Below, one piece after another: positions 7,953 to 16,679 of a stretch of 25,291 bases of DNA. The stretch is from Tepidisphaeraceae bacterium (GTDB lineage Bacteria > Planctomycetota > Phycisphaerae > Tepidisphaerales > Tepidisphaeraceae). Every line of letters begins with the position of its first letter. Within the stretch, counting starts at the first letter, position 1. The DNA is taken from positions 1 to 25,291 of the forward strand of contig DASXMX010000445.1 in NCBI GenBank assembly GCA_036495445.1, written 5' to 3'. Made by a program: the position numbers and the translations under genes. Under the pieces are notes generated by a model. It did not search any database and was not told the origin of the DNA. It was given only the letters and a program-made list of their open reading frames with translations.

Positions 7953-8747
7953 CTATGGTTGCGAGCGATCGCCGAGAATGGTTTGCGCCCATTCCGCCTG
8001 TAAGGGATTGAGCGGGCATGAGGGCGCGCGTCGATAGTCCAAATCCAAGTCGTACCCGCCGACGTCGTACACTTGGTCGAACGCAGCCTGCAGATCCAAC
8101 GGAACGTCAGCATCCCCATTTCGCAACGGCACCCCAATCACCGGGAGACGTTCCCGAACAGGGACCGGCCAGACAAAGCCCCGTCGCGGCTTGCCCGCCC
8201 GCGACAGGTAAATCTGATATTCCGCCTCCCCGCTTGCCGCCACGTTGGCCGTTCTGGCACCGTCGCGCAGCAGGTCGATTTCCATCCAATGGGCATCGGT
8301 TCCGTAGACCTCGTTTCGCTTCTGGAGAAAGCTATCACGCCCGACCGATCGCGGCATCTTGTTGGTCGGACTACGCATCTCGATCACGGTCACAACCGAG
8401 CGATCCACCCGGTCAAGGATCTCCAGCCGGTGTTCGTGAATTTCGGGATCAATCATCTCCACGACGGGGAGCGGCGGCGCGATGACGAGACCGCCGGCCG
8501 CTCCTCCGCTCGTCGCGGGCGGCCGCTTGCGTGCCGCTTCGATCACCCGCACGTCTGGTACGATGAATCGATACGCCGGATCCTCTTTGTGCGCGACGTA
8601 GACGCGCTCGTCCACCCGCACGAAATACTTCGGCCTGACCGCCGGCCCGAGTCGTTCCTGCAGGGCGCTGAGAAAGGCATGGTGGAACCCGGACCAGATC
8701 GCCGGATCTTCCAGGTACGGATCCATTCCAGGAAACGGTGACGGCAT
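7953..8747 (-). CDS. DUF4058 family protein
   Basis: N-terminus MPSPFPGMDPYLEDPAIWSGFHH matches the hallmark DUF4058 start motif of cyanobacterial and planctomycete proteins. Internal M at 8747 preferred over the track start 8837. Confidence 0.6.
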   Translation of the reverse strand: MPSPFPGMDPYLEDPAIWSGFHHAFLSALQERLGPAVRPKYFVRVDERVYVAHKEDPAYRFIVPDVRVIEAARKRPPATSGGAAGGLVIAPPLPVVEMIDPEIHEHRLEILDRVDRSVVTVIEMRSPTNKMPRSVGRDSFLQKRNEVYGTDAHWMEIDLLRDGARTANVAASGEAEYQIYLSRAGKPRRGFVWPVPVRERLPVIGVPLRNGDADVPLDLQAAFDQVYDVGGYDLDLDYRRAPSCPLNPLQAEWAQTILGDRSQP

Positions 8748-8930
8748 TCGCGAATCTCTCCAACCGGAGTATACCGCGTCTCTTGACGTAATTCGTAACC
8801 TTTTCTCCCTTCCGGGGTTCGGATCAGGTATATTCACGCCCGGCCCTTATACACCTGCATCCCGGCTCGGGGGTTTATACTGCTCCCCAGTACGTGTGAG
8901 TCGTTGATCCCTCCAGAAAGGAGGCGGGCG

Positions 8931-9698
8931 ATGAACGCGGAATGGCTGCTTAATTGGTGGAACCTCATCTTCCTGCTGCCGTTCGGGCTGGCCCTGATGT
9001 ACCTGGGCCTCTACACCGTCAGTGGCCTCACCTTCGGCGACAGCGACGTCGATCACGATTTCGACGCCGAAGCGGACGCCGATGTTGATGCGGACGCGGA
9101 CGCGGATGCGGATGCGGATGCTGATGCGGATGCCGATCACGATCTTGACGCGGATCATGACGCCGATGCGGACTCGGATGCCGACAACGATGCCGATGGC
9201 GAGCAAGCCAGCGAGCATGGCTCGGCTTCGCTCGCCGCGCTCACCTGGCTGGGGCTGGGCAAAGTGCCCGTCAGCCTGTTGCTGATGGTCCTGCTGCTGA
9301 CTTGGGGCGTCGTGGGCTTCATCGCCAACGCGGCGATGCAGAGCCGCGGCGCGTCGGCCGCATTCGTCTCGATCCCGTTGGCCGCGGTGGTCAGCCTCCT
9401 GGCGACGCGGGGCGTCGTGATGATGATCGCGCGGTATTTGCCGCTCTATGAGACAACCGCCCGCCGGCGGCACGCGCTGCTCGGCGCCGAAGGCGAGGCG
9501 ATCTTTCCGATCGACCAGAAATTCGGAATGGTGTCGGTGCGCGACGAGACGGGCGACCTGTATCAAGTCGCCTGCCGGGCCGAGTCCGGGCAGGAACCGA
9601 TCGCCAAGGGGTCGCAAGTGAAGCTCGTCGCCTACAACGCCAAAGAAGGACTCTTCTACGTCACGCGCCGTCCGGTCACTTCGACGACGGCCGCGTGA
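8931..9698 (+). CDS. NfeD-like/YqiJ-type membrane protein with C-terminal OB-fold and an acidic (Asp-Ala)n low-complexity loop
   Basis: N-terminal TM helix, D/A-rich tract, 2-3 TM helices, then a C-terminal beta-rich domain (…[44 protein letters not shown]). GGAGG SD 8 nt upstream of ATG 8931. Immediately upstream of a flotillin gene (yqiJ-yqiK-like arrangement). Confidence 0.65.
   Translation: MNAEWLLNWWNLIFLLPFGLALMYLGLYTVSGLTFGDSDVDHDFDAEADADVDADADADADADADADADHDLDADHDADADSDADNDADGEQASEHGSASLAALTWLGLGKVPVSLLLMVLLLTWGVVGFIANAAMQSRGASAAFVSIPLAAVVSLLATRGVVMMIARYLPLYETTARRRHALLGAEGEAIFPIDQKFGMVSVRDETGDLYQVACRAESGQEPIAKGSQVKLVAYNAKEGLFYVTRRPVTSTTAA
9044..9202. repeat. hexanucleotide tandem repeat (GAYGCG)n inside the NfeD-like CDS, encoding [37 protein letters not shown]
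   Basis: Direct reading. The antisense frame gives the [10 protein letters not shown] artefact ORF 8847..9881. Confidence 0.7.
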
Positions 9699-9720
9699 CC
9701 ACGCGAAAGCGAGGAATGCC

Positions 9721-11646
9721 ATGTTTGTGTTGGTGCTCTTCTTCCTGGTGGGGTGCGCGCTGATGATCGCGCCGTGGATGCCGTCGGTGATGCCGGGGGC
9801 GTCGGTGACCGCCCGCGCGGTGCCGACAACGATCGGCCTGGGCCTGGTCGTCCTCACCGGCGTCATGACGATGATCGCCAAGCTCTATCGCAAGGCGTCG
9901 GCGAACATGGCGTTCGTCCGCACCGGCATGGGCGGCGTCCGCGTCGTCCGCGACGGCGGCACCATCGTCCTCCCCGTCATCCACCACGTGATCCCCGTCT
10001 CGCTGGAGACGATGCGGCTCAACGTCGAGCGCCGCGGGCCGCACGCGCTGATCACGCGCGACAACCTGCGGGTCGATCTCTCCGCCGAGTTTTACATCAA
10101 GGTCGAGGCGAACTCGGATCACATCCTCCAGGCGGCCCGCTCGCTGGGCGGCAAAAACGTCCAGCCGGACGGCGTGAGCGAACTGGTTCAGGAGAAGCTC
10201 GTCAGCGCGCTGCGCACGGTGGCGGCGACGAAGGAACTGGTCGAGCTTCACGCGAAGCGCGACGAGTTCGCCAGCGCCGTGCAGGAGATCGTGACGCACG
10301 ATCTGGCCAGCAACGGGCTGACGCTCGAATCGGTCACGATCTCGTCGCTTGACCAGACCGACCCGAGCCAGCTTCAGGAGAAGAACGTCTTCGACGCGCA
10401 GGGCCTTCGCAAGATCGCCGAGATCACGCAGCGGGCCCGCGTCGAGCGGAACGAGATCGAGCAGGAATCGCAGCGGCAGGTCGTCGAGCGGAACGTCGCG
10501 ACGACCAAGAAGGTGCTGGACCTGCAGCGCGACCAGGCCGAGTTCGAGGCCGAGCAGAAGATGAAGGTGGCCAACGTCCGGGCGGCCCGCGAGCGGGAGG
10601 TGCAGGAGTTCAAGCTGGCGCAGGACGAGGCGATCTCGCGGCGGGACATCGAGAAGATGAAGAACATCGAGACCGCCGAGGTCGAGCGGACGCTGGTGGT
10701 CGAGCAGGCGCAGGTCGCCAAGAAGGTGGCGCTGGTCTCCAAGCTCAAGGAGCAGGAGACGGCCGAGATCCTCAAAAAGCAGACGCTCGAGGTGGCCGAG
10801 CGGAACAAGGAAGTGGCGGTGGCGGAGAAGGAGCGGGAGCGTGCGGAGGCGCAGGCCGCGGTGCTCGCCGCCGAGGCCGAGCGCGAGTCGGCCAAGCAGA
10901 AGGTGCTGACGGTGCAGGTCACCAGCGAGGCGGACCGCGAGGCCGGCAAGCAGTTGATCGCCGCCAAGCAGGTCATCGAGCAGAACAAGCTGCGCGAGCA
11001 GACGACGGCGGACGTGGCCGCGTACATGGCGGTGAAGAAGGCCGAGGCCGAGCGGCAGGCCGCCGAGGCGACCTACCAGGCGAAGCTGCGGCTGGCGGAG
11101 GGCGAGGCGCAAGCGCAAGCCAAGCGTGCCGAGGGTGATCGCGCGGTAAAGATGGTCGACGTGACGATCGGCCGCGAGCAGGTCGGCGTCGAGCAGGCCC
11201 GCGTCGAGGTCGAACGCCAGAGCCTGTCGAACAAGCAGGAGTTCGAGGCGGCCGCGCTGGGGTTCGAACTGGAGAAGCTGCGGATCGCCGCCGAGCGGGA
11301 GATCCGCATCGCGGCGGCCCAGGCGATGGGCAACATGATGGCCAAGGCGCAGATGCAGATCTTCGGCGACCCGACGACGATGGCCGCCATGGCCCAGCAG
11401 TTCATGCGGGCCGCGGGCCTGGGCCTCGCGACCGACGGGCTGATGAAGACGATGCCGGCCCAGGGCCAGGAACTGCTCACGCAAGTGGTCGGCGCCGTCG
11501 CCTCGCAGCTTCAGCCCAAGCCGACCGAACCCGCCGCACCCGCAACCGCAGGGAACGGCGCCACGATCGGATTGACCGGGACCGCCGCGCAGGTTACGCC
11601 GGCTGCGGCAGTGAAGGAAGTCCGCAAGGGCGAAGGTCGGAAGTAA
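9721..11646 (+). CDS. flotillin-like SPFH/band-7 domain protein (YqiK/FloA-like) with long coiled-coil C-terminus
   Basis: N-terminal membrane anchor, SPFH domain (…FVRTGMGGVRVVRDGGTIVLPVIHHVIPVSLETMRLNVER…), then E/A/K/Q-rich coiled coil. GAGG RBS upstream of ATG 9721. 22-bp gap after the NfeD-like gene. Confidence 0.85.
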   Translation: MFVLVLFFLVGCALMIAPWMPSVMPGASVTARAVPTTIGLGLVVLTGVMTMIAKLYRKASANMAFVRTGMGGVRVVRDGGTIVLPVIHHVIPVSLETMRLNVERRGPHALITRDNLRVDLSAEFYIKVEANSDHILQAARSLGGKNVQPDGVSELVQEKLVSALRTVAATKELVELHAKRDEFASAVQEIVTHDLASNGLTLESVTISSLDQTDPSQLQEKNVFDAQGLRKIAEITQRARVERNEIEQESQRQVVERNVATTKKVLDLQRDQAEFEAEQKMKVANVRAAREREVQEFKLAQDEAISRRDIEKMKNIETAEVERTLVVEQAQVAKKVALVSKLKEQETAEILKKQTLEVAERNKEVAVAEKERERAEAQAAVLAAEAERESAKQKVLTVQVTSEADREAGKQLIAAKQVIEQNKLREQTTADVAAYMAVKKAEAERQAAEATYQAKLRLAEGEAQAQAKRAEGDRAVKMVDVTIGREQVGVEQARVEVERQSLSNKQEFEAAALGFELEKLRIAAEREIRIAAAQAMGNMMAKAQMQIFGDPTTMAAMAQQFMRAAGLGLATDGLMKTMPAQGQELLTQVVGAVASQLQPKPTEPAAPATAGNGATIGLTGTAAQVTPAAAVKEVRKGEGRK

Positions 11647-11660
11647 TCGAATGGCTTTCG

Positions 11661-11689
11661 GGTGGCATGGGCATGTACCGATGCCCGTG
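11661..11689. repeat. REP-like half element (GGTGGCATGGGCATG-TACC-GATGCCCGTG) abutting long-hairpin element B
   Basis: Similar to half of the double-hairpin element at 13846 and 21075. Confidence 0.5.
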
Positions 11690-11704
11690 TCTCGCTCGAA
11701 AATG

Positions 11705-11916
11705 CAGTCACAGAGGGCACGGAGGACACAGAGAGCACAGAGGAGAAATGCATTCTGGCCACAGATGGGGCACAGATGCACGCAGATCAAATGCAGATCT
11801 GAGATTTCACATCTCAAATTTGAAATCCCAATCCGTGTCGATCTGTGCCTCATCTTTGGCGATCCATTCTTGTATTCTCTCTGTGCTCTCTGTGTTCTCT
11901 GTGTTCTCTGTGGTTA
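11705..11916. repeat. long-hairpin palindromic intergenic element, copy B (about 212 bp, inverted relative to A and C)
   Basis: CACAGAG x several, then gagaaatgcattctgg, then ccacagatggggcacagatgcacgcagat. Core tgagatttcacatctcaaatttgaaatccc. Then cgatctgtgcctcatct and CTCTGTG x5. Confidence 0.7.
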
Positions 11917-11947
11917 TGTTTTAACGGCTGTGGAACGGAATCGAGCC

Positions 11948-12418
11948 ATGACCTGGAAAGAGCAACTTAACGAGGGCCTCGCCGCGTTCGGGGTGCGGAT
12001 CCCGGACGAACTGCCGATCGACCAGTGGGCAACGAGGCTGGGCGATAACCCGTGCCGCAACACGGCGGCGCTGGTCACGCTTTCGAGCCTGCTGTTCTAT
12101 GCAGCCGAGCGGGACCACAATCCGAAGGTGAACGACGTCTTCGACGCCGCGGTCTATTGCTCGACGTGCCTGAGCGTCGGGTATGGGGATATCTTTGCGA
12201 GGACCCCGCTGGGGAAATTGTTGGGGACGGCGCTGATGACGATCGGGCCGTCGCTCTCCGGCGCGGCGCTGGACGGGCCGGCCGCGGAGCGGCGGGATGC
12301 GACGCAGGAGCAGATCCTCGCGACGCTCAAGCAGATCCTGGAACGATTGCCCGCGAATGGGGCGGAGAGCGGGGCAGATCAACCTGCCACCGTAACGGAT
12401 CAGACGGGCAGGGAATGA
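11948..12418 (+). CDS. minimal two-TM potassium channel (Ion_trans_2 / KcsA-like pore protein)
   Basis: Selectivity-filter signature CSTCLSVGYGDIF (T-x-G-Y-G-D) preceded by a pore helix and flanked by two hydrophobic helices. 157 aa, no gating domains. Start placed at the first ATG after the repeat element. Confidence 0.7.
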   Translation: MTWKEQLNEGLAAFGVRIPDELPIDQWATRLGDNPCRNTAALVTLSSLLFYAAERDHNPKVNDVFDAAVYCSTCLSVGYGDIFARTPLGKLLGTALMTIGPSLSGAALDGPAAERRDATQEQILATLKQILERLPANGAESGADQPATVTDQTGRE

Positions 12419-12596
12419 GGGCGGTGCCGTCGCGCCATCGATTACCCCCGATCGTCGCTTGCGTTGGGCGGGGCCGCCGGTGGGCGTTCCTTCGTTCGCG
12501 AAGCCGCAAGCGGCGGGACCGAACTGGCCTCCTGCTCCCATTTCTGCGAACATCTGGACGATCTGCGGATCAACCTTCGGCAGTTTCGGAGCGATC

Positions 12597-13556
12597 ATGA
12601 CGATGCCAATGAACCGACGAGACCTGATGAAGCTCGGCGCCGGCGCCAGCGTCGCTGCTCTCCTTAATCTCGGGGTGGACACCGGTCGGGCTCAGGACGT
12701 GTCTTCTTTGCCCCTTCGCGGGCATGAGCCAGATTTGATCGGCGGCACCAAGCGCGGATTCAAGAAAGCCGTCATGTGGGACATGATCAAGGGCGGCACC
12801 ACCGTCCTCGAGAAGTTCCAAATACTCAAGGAGGCCGGGTTCGACGGGGTCGAGATGAACAGCCCCGGCGGGCCGCCGAACGATGAGATCAAGCGCGCCT
12901 GCGAAAAGACCGGCCTGCTCGTTGAAGGCATGGTCGATTCGACCCACTGGAAAATCACGCTCTCCCACCCCAACCAAAGCGTGCGCGATCAGGGACTTCG
13001 GGACCTGGAACAGGCGCTGCGCGACTGCAAGGACCTGGGCGGCACCAGCGTGCTGCTGGTGCCGGGCGTCGTGAACGCCAACGTCACCTACGACCAGTGC
13101 TACGAGCGTTCGCAGGAACAGATCCGCAAGGCGCTGCCGCTGGCGCAGGAACTGGGCGTGCGGATCGCGGTGGAGGACGTGTGGAACGACTTTTTGCTCT
13201 CGCCGCTGGAAGCGGCCCGGTACGTCGACGAGTTCAACAACCCCGCCGCCATAGGCTGGCACATGGACATCGGCAACATCATGGCCTACGGCTACCCCGA
13301 GCAGTGGATCCACATCCTCGGCCGCCGCATCCTCAAGCTCCACGTGAAGGAGTTCAGCCGCTCGAAGATGGACAAGGAGGGGCGATGGAAGGGCTTCGAC
13401 GTGAAGCTCGGCGACGGGGACATCAACTGGAAGGCCGTCATGACCGCCCTCGACGCCATCAGCTATCACACCTGGATGTGCGCCGAAGTGCCCGGCGGCG
13501 ACCTCGACGCCCTCAAGGACATCGCCCGCCGGATGGACGGTATTCTAGCGTTGTGA
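12597..13556 (+). CDS. sugar phosphate isomerase/epimerase (xylose-isomerase-like TIM barrel) with Tat signal peptide
   Basis: Twin-arginine signal (MNRRDLMKLGAGASVAALL) on a xylose-isomerase-like TIM-barrel body (…HMDIGN…), a pattern common in Planctomycetes and Verrucomicrobia. GC3-rich. Confidence 0.75.
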   Translation: MTMPMNRRDLMKLGAGASVAALLNLGVDTGRAQDVSSLPLRGHEPDLIGGTKRGFKKAVMWDMIKGGTTVLEKFQILKEAGFDGVEMNSPGGPPNDEIKRACEKTGLLVEGMVDSTHWKITLSHPNQSVRDQGLRDLEQALRDCKDLGGTSVLLVPGVVNANVTYDQCYERSQEQIRKALPLAQELGVRIAVEDVWNDFLLSPLEAARYVDEFNNPAAIGWHMDIGNIMAYGYPEQWIHILGRRILKLHVKEFSRSKMDKEGRWKGFDVKLGDGDINWKAVMTALDAISYHTWMCAEVPGGDLDALKDIARRMDGILAL

Positions 13557-13697
13557 CCCCACCGCACCGTTGTCCGGCACCACCAGCGCCGATGACGTCG
13601 TCGATGCCGCCGACGCCTGCGCGGGCTGCTGCCCGCGGGTCGCCACGAACTCCGCCAGCGCGATCAGCAGGAAGATCATCAGTCGCCGTTTCCTCAT
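13545..13697 (-). CDS. small ORF (50 aa) with a classical signal peptide (MRKRRLMIFLLIALAEFVATRG…), hypothetical
   Basis: GGAGG 8 nt upstream of ATG 13697 on the minus strand. Overlaps the isomerase 3' end by 12 bp. Could be spurious. Confidence 0.25.
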   Translation of the reverse strand: MRKRRLMIFLLIALAEFVATRGQQPAQASAASTTSSALVVPDNGAVGSQR

Positions 13698-13845
13698 GAC
13701 ATTGGCCTCCAACTCGCCCGGGAGTTTCATCTAATAAAACGGCCGGGAAGGCCAATCGGCATACTTCCGCGGAATTCCCCAGACGTTTCCCGCAACGGGC
13801 AGGTCCGATAACCACGCCATGTTCACCCGTCGGTTGCCGATTCCG

Positions 13846-13925
13846 GGTGGCACGGACAAGTACCCTTGTCCGTGGGGGTCGCGCGCATCCGCTCACCACG
13901 GACATGGGTACATGTCCGTGCCACC
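13846..13925. repeat. REP-like double-hairpin palindromic element, copy 1 (GGTGGCACGGACAAGTAC-cc-TTGTCCGTGG … CCACGGACATG-ggta-CATGTCCGTGCCACC)
   Basis: Two adjacent hairpins whose outer halves are also mutually complementary. Near-identical copy at 21075-21150. Confidence 0.7.
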
Positions 13926-13973
13926 CGGCATGAATCCATTCTCGCGCAACGTGCCGGCAGGTAGGCTGATGAC

Positions 13974-14699
13974 ATGGGACCGAGTCCCCACAGTGTCACT
14001 CGTTCGATTCACGCGATCCCGGGCTCAGCCGACGCCGGCTTCGACCGAATCTGCGGTAACTGCAGCTACCTCCTCATCGGCCTGCCCGGCTCGGGCATCT
14101 GCCCCGAATGCGGCGAACCCTATCGCGAGGACGAGATCGTCCTCCGCGGCTGGGCGGATGGCGTTCATCAGACCGCGGCCACCGCGCCGCCTAAGCAGTT
14201 GTGGTGGTCGCTGCTCGGCTCGTTCGCGTGGGTGGTGGTCAACCTGGTGACGGACCTCGTTGCCGGCCATTGGAGGATCGCGACGTTCTGGTTCGCCCTG
14301 CTCGCGTGCGGGACCGCGTGGTTGCTCTACCGGCGGCATCGATTGCTCGACGACTTCGGCGGCGCCTGCCACCTGCGCCTCTCGCCCGCCGGCATCGGTC
14401 AGCGGGTTGGGTTCGGGCCAGTCAAGCTGATCCCATGGCTGCCGGGCCTCACGGTCGAGCTCAAACCCACGGATTCCGGCATGTATCGCCTGACGGCGTC
14501 CCGTCCGGGGCCCGGGAGCGGGTATCGCAGCGGGAAAATGCTCTGGCCGATCGACTTCGAATTCGAATGCTCGCACGAGCAAGCCGCGATGTTGCAGGAT
14601 AAGCTCGACCAGTTCCGTGGAATCGAAAGGACTGCGCAAGCCGAGATCGTCTCGTCCCGGCCTTCACAATTTCGACGACCGGAACGCGCCCAAGCGTAA
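13974..14699 (+). CDS. hypothetical membrane protein with N-terminal C4 zinc-ribbon (CGNC…CPEC) and two TM helices
   Basis: Cys-x2-Cys-x14-Cys-x2-Cys, then WWSLLGSFAWVVVNLV and FWFALLACGTAWLLY hydrophobic helices. GC3-rich after the first 10 codons. Start uncertain. Confidence 0.45.
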   Translation: MGPSPHSVTRSIHAIPGSADAGFDRICGNCSYLLIGLPGSGICPECGEPYREDEIVLRGWADGVHQTAATAPPKQLWWSLLGSFAWVVVNLVTDLVAGHWRIATFWFALLACGTAWLLYRRHRLLDDFGGACHLRLSPAGIGQRVGFGPVKLIPWLPGLTVELKPTDSGMYRLTASRPGPGSGYRSGKMLWPIDFEFECSHEQAAMLQDKLDQFRGIERTAQAEIVSSRPSQFRRPERAQA

Positions 14700-14784
14700 G
14701 GATGCCCATCGCCTCCGGTGGACCTTCGGACTTCGACGAGCTCAGTACGTGCCCATGCCGCCCGAAGGCCCGGATGCGCGACCG

Positions 14785-15324
14785 CTACCGCGTCAGCGCC
14801 GCGGTCGCGGTCGGGCCGGATTGGAATCGGCTGTTGAGGCCACAGCGGGCCAGGCAGCAGACGGCGATCTCCGCCAGCGGCTGGTCGCGGTGCTTGAGCA
14901 GCTCATCCCAGCTCGCGTACGACTCGCAGACGTCCGGCCAGATGCCGCTGCTGTGCGAGCCGACCACCGCCACCCCGTCCGCGGTCTGCCAGATCTGCAA
15001 ATCGATCCAGTAGGCGGTGTTCGCCACGTCGAGGTGGAACAGGATCGCCAATTCGTTGCCGTGCTGTTCCACCGTGACGCGGGAGGACCCGCCTTCCCAG
15101 AACCAGTACGGCTCGCCGAGCATCACCTCGGCGCCCGGCGACTGGGTGACGATGCGCCCCTGCTGCAGCACCACCGGCACCGCCGCGGCACCGCACGGCT
15201 CACACAGGAACAGGAGCGGGAGCAACCAGCACGCGCCGCCGGTGAGGCGGCTCGCGGTTTCGAACGACCTGCCGGCGAGGAATCCTTTCCTCGATCCGGC
15301 CCGAATAGGAAGAATGCTTTCCAT
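14785..15324 (-). CDS. hypothetical secreted protein (signal peptide; no recognisable domain)
   Basis: Minus-strand frame has near-uniform G/C third positions and realistic composition. The overlapping plus-strand ORF 14617..15342 is Arg-rich antisense-type. Confidence 0.45.
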   Translation of the reverse strand: MESILPIRAGSRKGFLAGRSFETASRLTGGACWLLPLLFLCEPCGAAAVPVVLQQGRIVTQSPGAEVMLGEPYWFWEGGSSRVTVEQHGNELAILFHLDVANTAYWIDLQIWQTADGVAVVGSHSSGIWPDVCESYASWDELLKHRDQPLAEIAVCCLARCGLNSRFQSGPTATAALTR

Positions 15325-15512
15325 AGCGCCGGTGCTCCATAGCTAACGCGGTGCCATGAGTGTCCGGTGCTCCAATTTCCCGAGGCCCGTTCCGCCGCCG
15401 CCCGCTCCTAAGCGGCTGTCCCAAAGCAATCTCGGGATTGACCTGACGCGCACGTCATGGCAAGCTACGCGACACAAAGGTTCGATAACCATTCATTTCT
15501 TCGGGGATTTCG

Positions 15513-16610
15513 ATGTCCGCGATGAAGCAAATTTCGAACGTGTTTTGCATCACTGTCGCTTTTCTGAGCATCCTTGCCGGCCTTGCCGCCGGTGCGGGCC
15601 GGCCGCCCAAGGAGATTATGGCCGAACTGCAGCAGGTGAGCGGCGAGATTTCACGATGGGGCCGCAGCGATCGGCTGATGGACCCGAAATACCGCCACTT
15701 CTTCAGCGAGAAGCTTTCCCCGACGCTGAAGAGGAAGGCCGACCTGCTCCACGAATTGGAAGCCGCCATGCCTTCGCGAAAGGCGGAAAACCAGTATGAA
15801 GAGGATCGGACGCTGGCGATGCTCAGCGTGTTGGGCGACGAGTCGGCGGGCAAGACGCTTGCGGATGCCGCCGCCGGCGCGGACGCAACCGCGGCACACA
15901 ACGCGAAGCTCGGCCTGGCCCTGCGCGACTGGTGGGCGGATCAGACGCCCGATCCGCAGCAAACGGTGCTCGACGGGCTCAAGCCGATGGTGAAGGCCAA
16001 GCCAATTGACGATCTGCTCGCGCTGACGCTCGTCACCATGGCCGACAGCCGCGCGTCGTCACCGGAGTTGGCCGACGAAGCGAGGACGATCGTGGAGAAG
16101 GAGCTGAAAGGCCCCTGGGCGATCCGCTACCGGTCCACGCCGAACCGGATCGGCCGGCCGCTGGTGGTCTCGGGAACGACGGCGCAAGGCAAGTCCGCCT
16201 CGACGCTCGCATGGAAGGGCAAAGTCGTCATGATCGATTTCTGGGCCACCTGGTGCCCGCCCTGCCGCGCGGAAATGCCGAAGGTGATCGAGCTCTATAA
16301 GAAGTACCACGATCAGGGCTTCGAGATCATGGGCGTCTCGAACGACTCGGACCGGCGGGAACTGCTTCAGTTCGTGAGGGACAACCCGGACATCAAATGG
16401 CCGCAACTCTTCGGCCCGGCGTCCACCGCCCCGCACTGGCACCAGCTTTCCGCCCGGTTTGACGTGAACGCGATCCCCACCGTGTACCTGATCGACCGCA
16501 ACGGGACCCTCCGCTCGATGACCGCCCGCGGGGAGCTCGAAACGCTCGTGCCCGAGTTGCTGGCGGAGAAACCGAGCGAGACGTCGGGCTCCGGGAAGAC
16601 CGCAGGGTAA
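15513..16610 (+). CDS. TlpA/ResA-like thiol-disulfide oxidoreductase (thioredoxin fold, WCPPC active site) with signal peptide and a novel N-terminal domain
   Basis: Thioredoxin-fold signature VVMIDFWATWCPPCRAEMP…GFEIMGVSND…IPTVYLIDRNGTL. N-terminal hydrophobic signal. Confidence 0.8.
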   Translation: MSAMKQISNVFCITVAFLSILAGLAAGAGRPPKEIMAELQQVSGEISRWGRSDRLMDPKYRHFFSEKLSPTLKRKADLLHELEAAMPSRKAENQYEEDRTLAMLSVLGDESAGKTLADAAAGADATAAHNAKLGLALRDWWADQTPDPQQTVLDGLKPMVKAKPIDDLLALTLVTMADSRASSPELADEARTIVEKELKGPWAIRYRSTPNRIGRPLVVSGTTAQGKSASTLAWKGKVVMIDFWATWCPPCRAEMPKVIELYKKYHDQGFEIMGVSNDSDRRELLQFVRDNPDIKWPQLFGPASTAPHWHQLSARFDVNAIPTVYLIDRNGTLRSMTARGELETLVPELLAEKPSETSGSGKTAG

Positions 16611-16635
16611 AGGCGCGTTCACTTCGCATCCGTAG

Positions 16636-16657
16636 GGGCAGGCCCCCGTGCCTGCCC
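16636..16657. terminator. bidirectional terminator-like hairpin GGGCAGGC-ccccgt-GCCTGCCC followed by tcttcttc
   Basis: 8-bp GC stem between convergent genes (thioredoxin ends 16610; reductase ends 16680). Confidence 0.45.
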
Positions 16658-16679
16658 TCTTCTTCTGCCCGCTGCTGCC

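Noticed and set aside
8847-9881. Minus-strand ORF with [12 protein letters not shown] tract
   Set aside because: Mirror image of the (GAYGCG)n repeat that encodes the (DA)n loop of the NfeD-like protein on the plus strand. The plus-strand gene has an SD, TM topology and an OB-fold.
11651-11947. N-terminal extension of the K+ channel ORF through repeat element B. The minus ORF reading through the same repeats gives peptides like ISNLRCEISDLHLICVHLCPICG.
   Set aside because: The translation of the palindromic repeat is accidental, and the same peptide-like strings recur wherever the element occurs, in different frames. The start was set at the first ATG after the element.
14617-15342. 241-aa plus-strand ORF overlapping the minus-strand secreted-protein gene
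   Set aside because: Arg-rich antisense-type composition. The minus frame has near-uniform G/C third positions and a plausible signal peptide, so the minus gene was kept.
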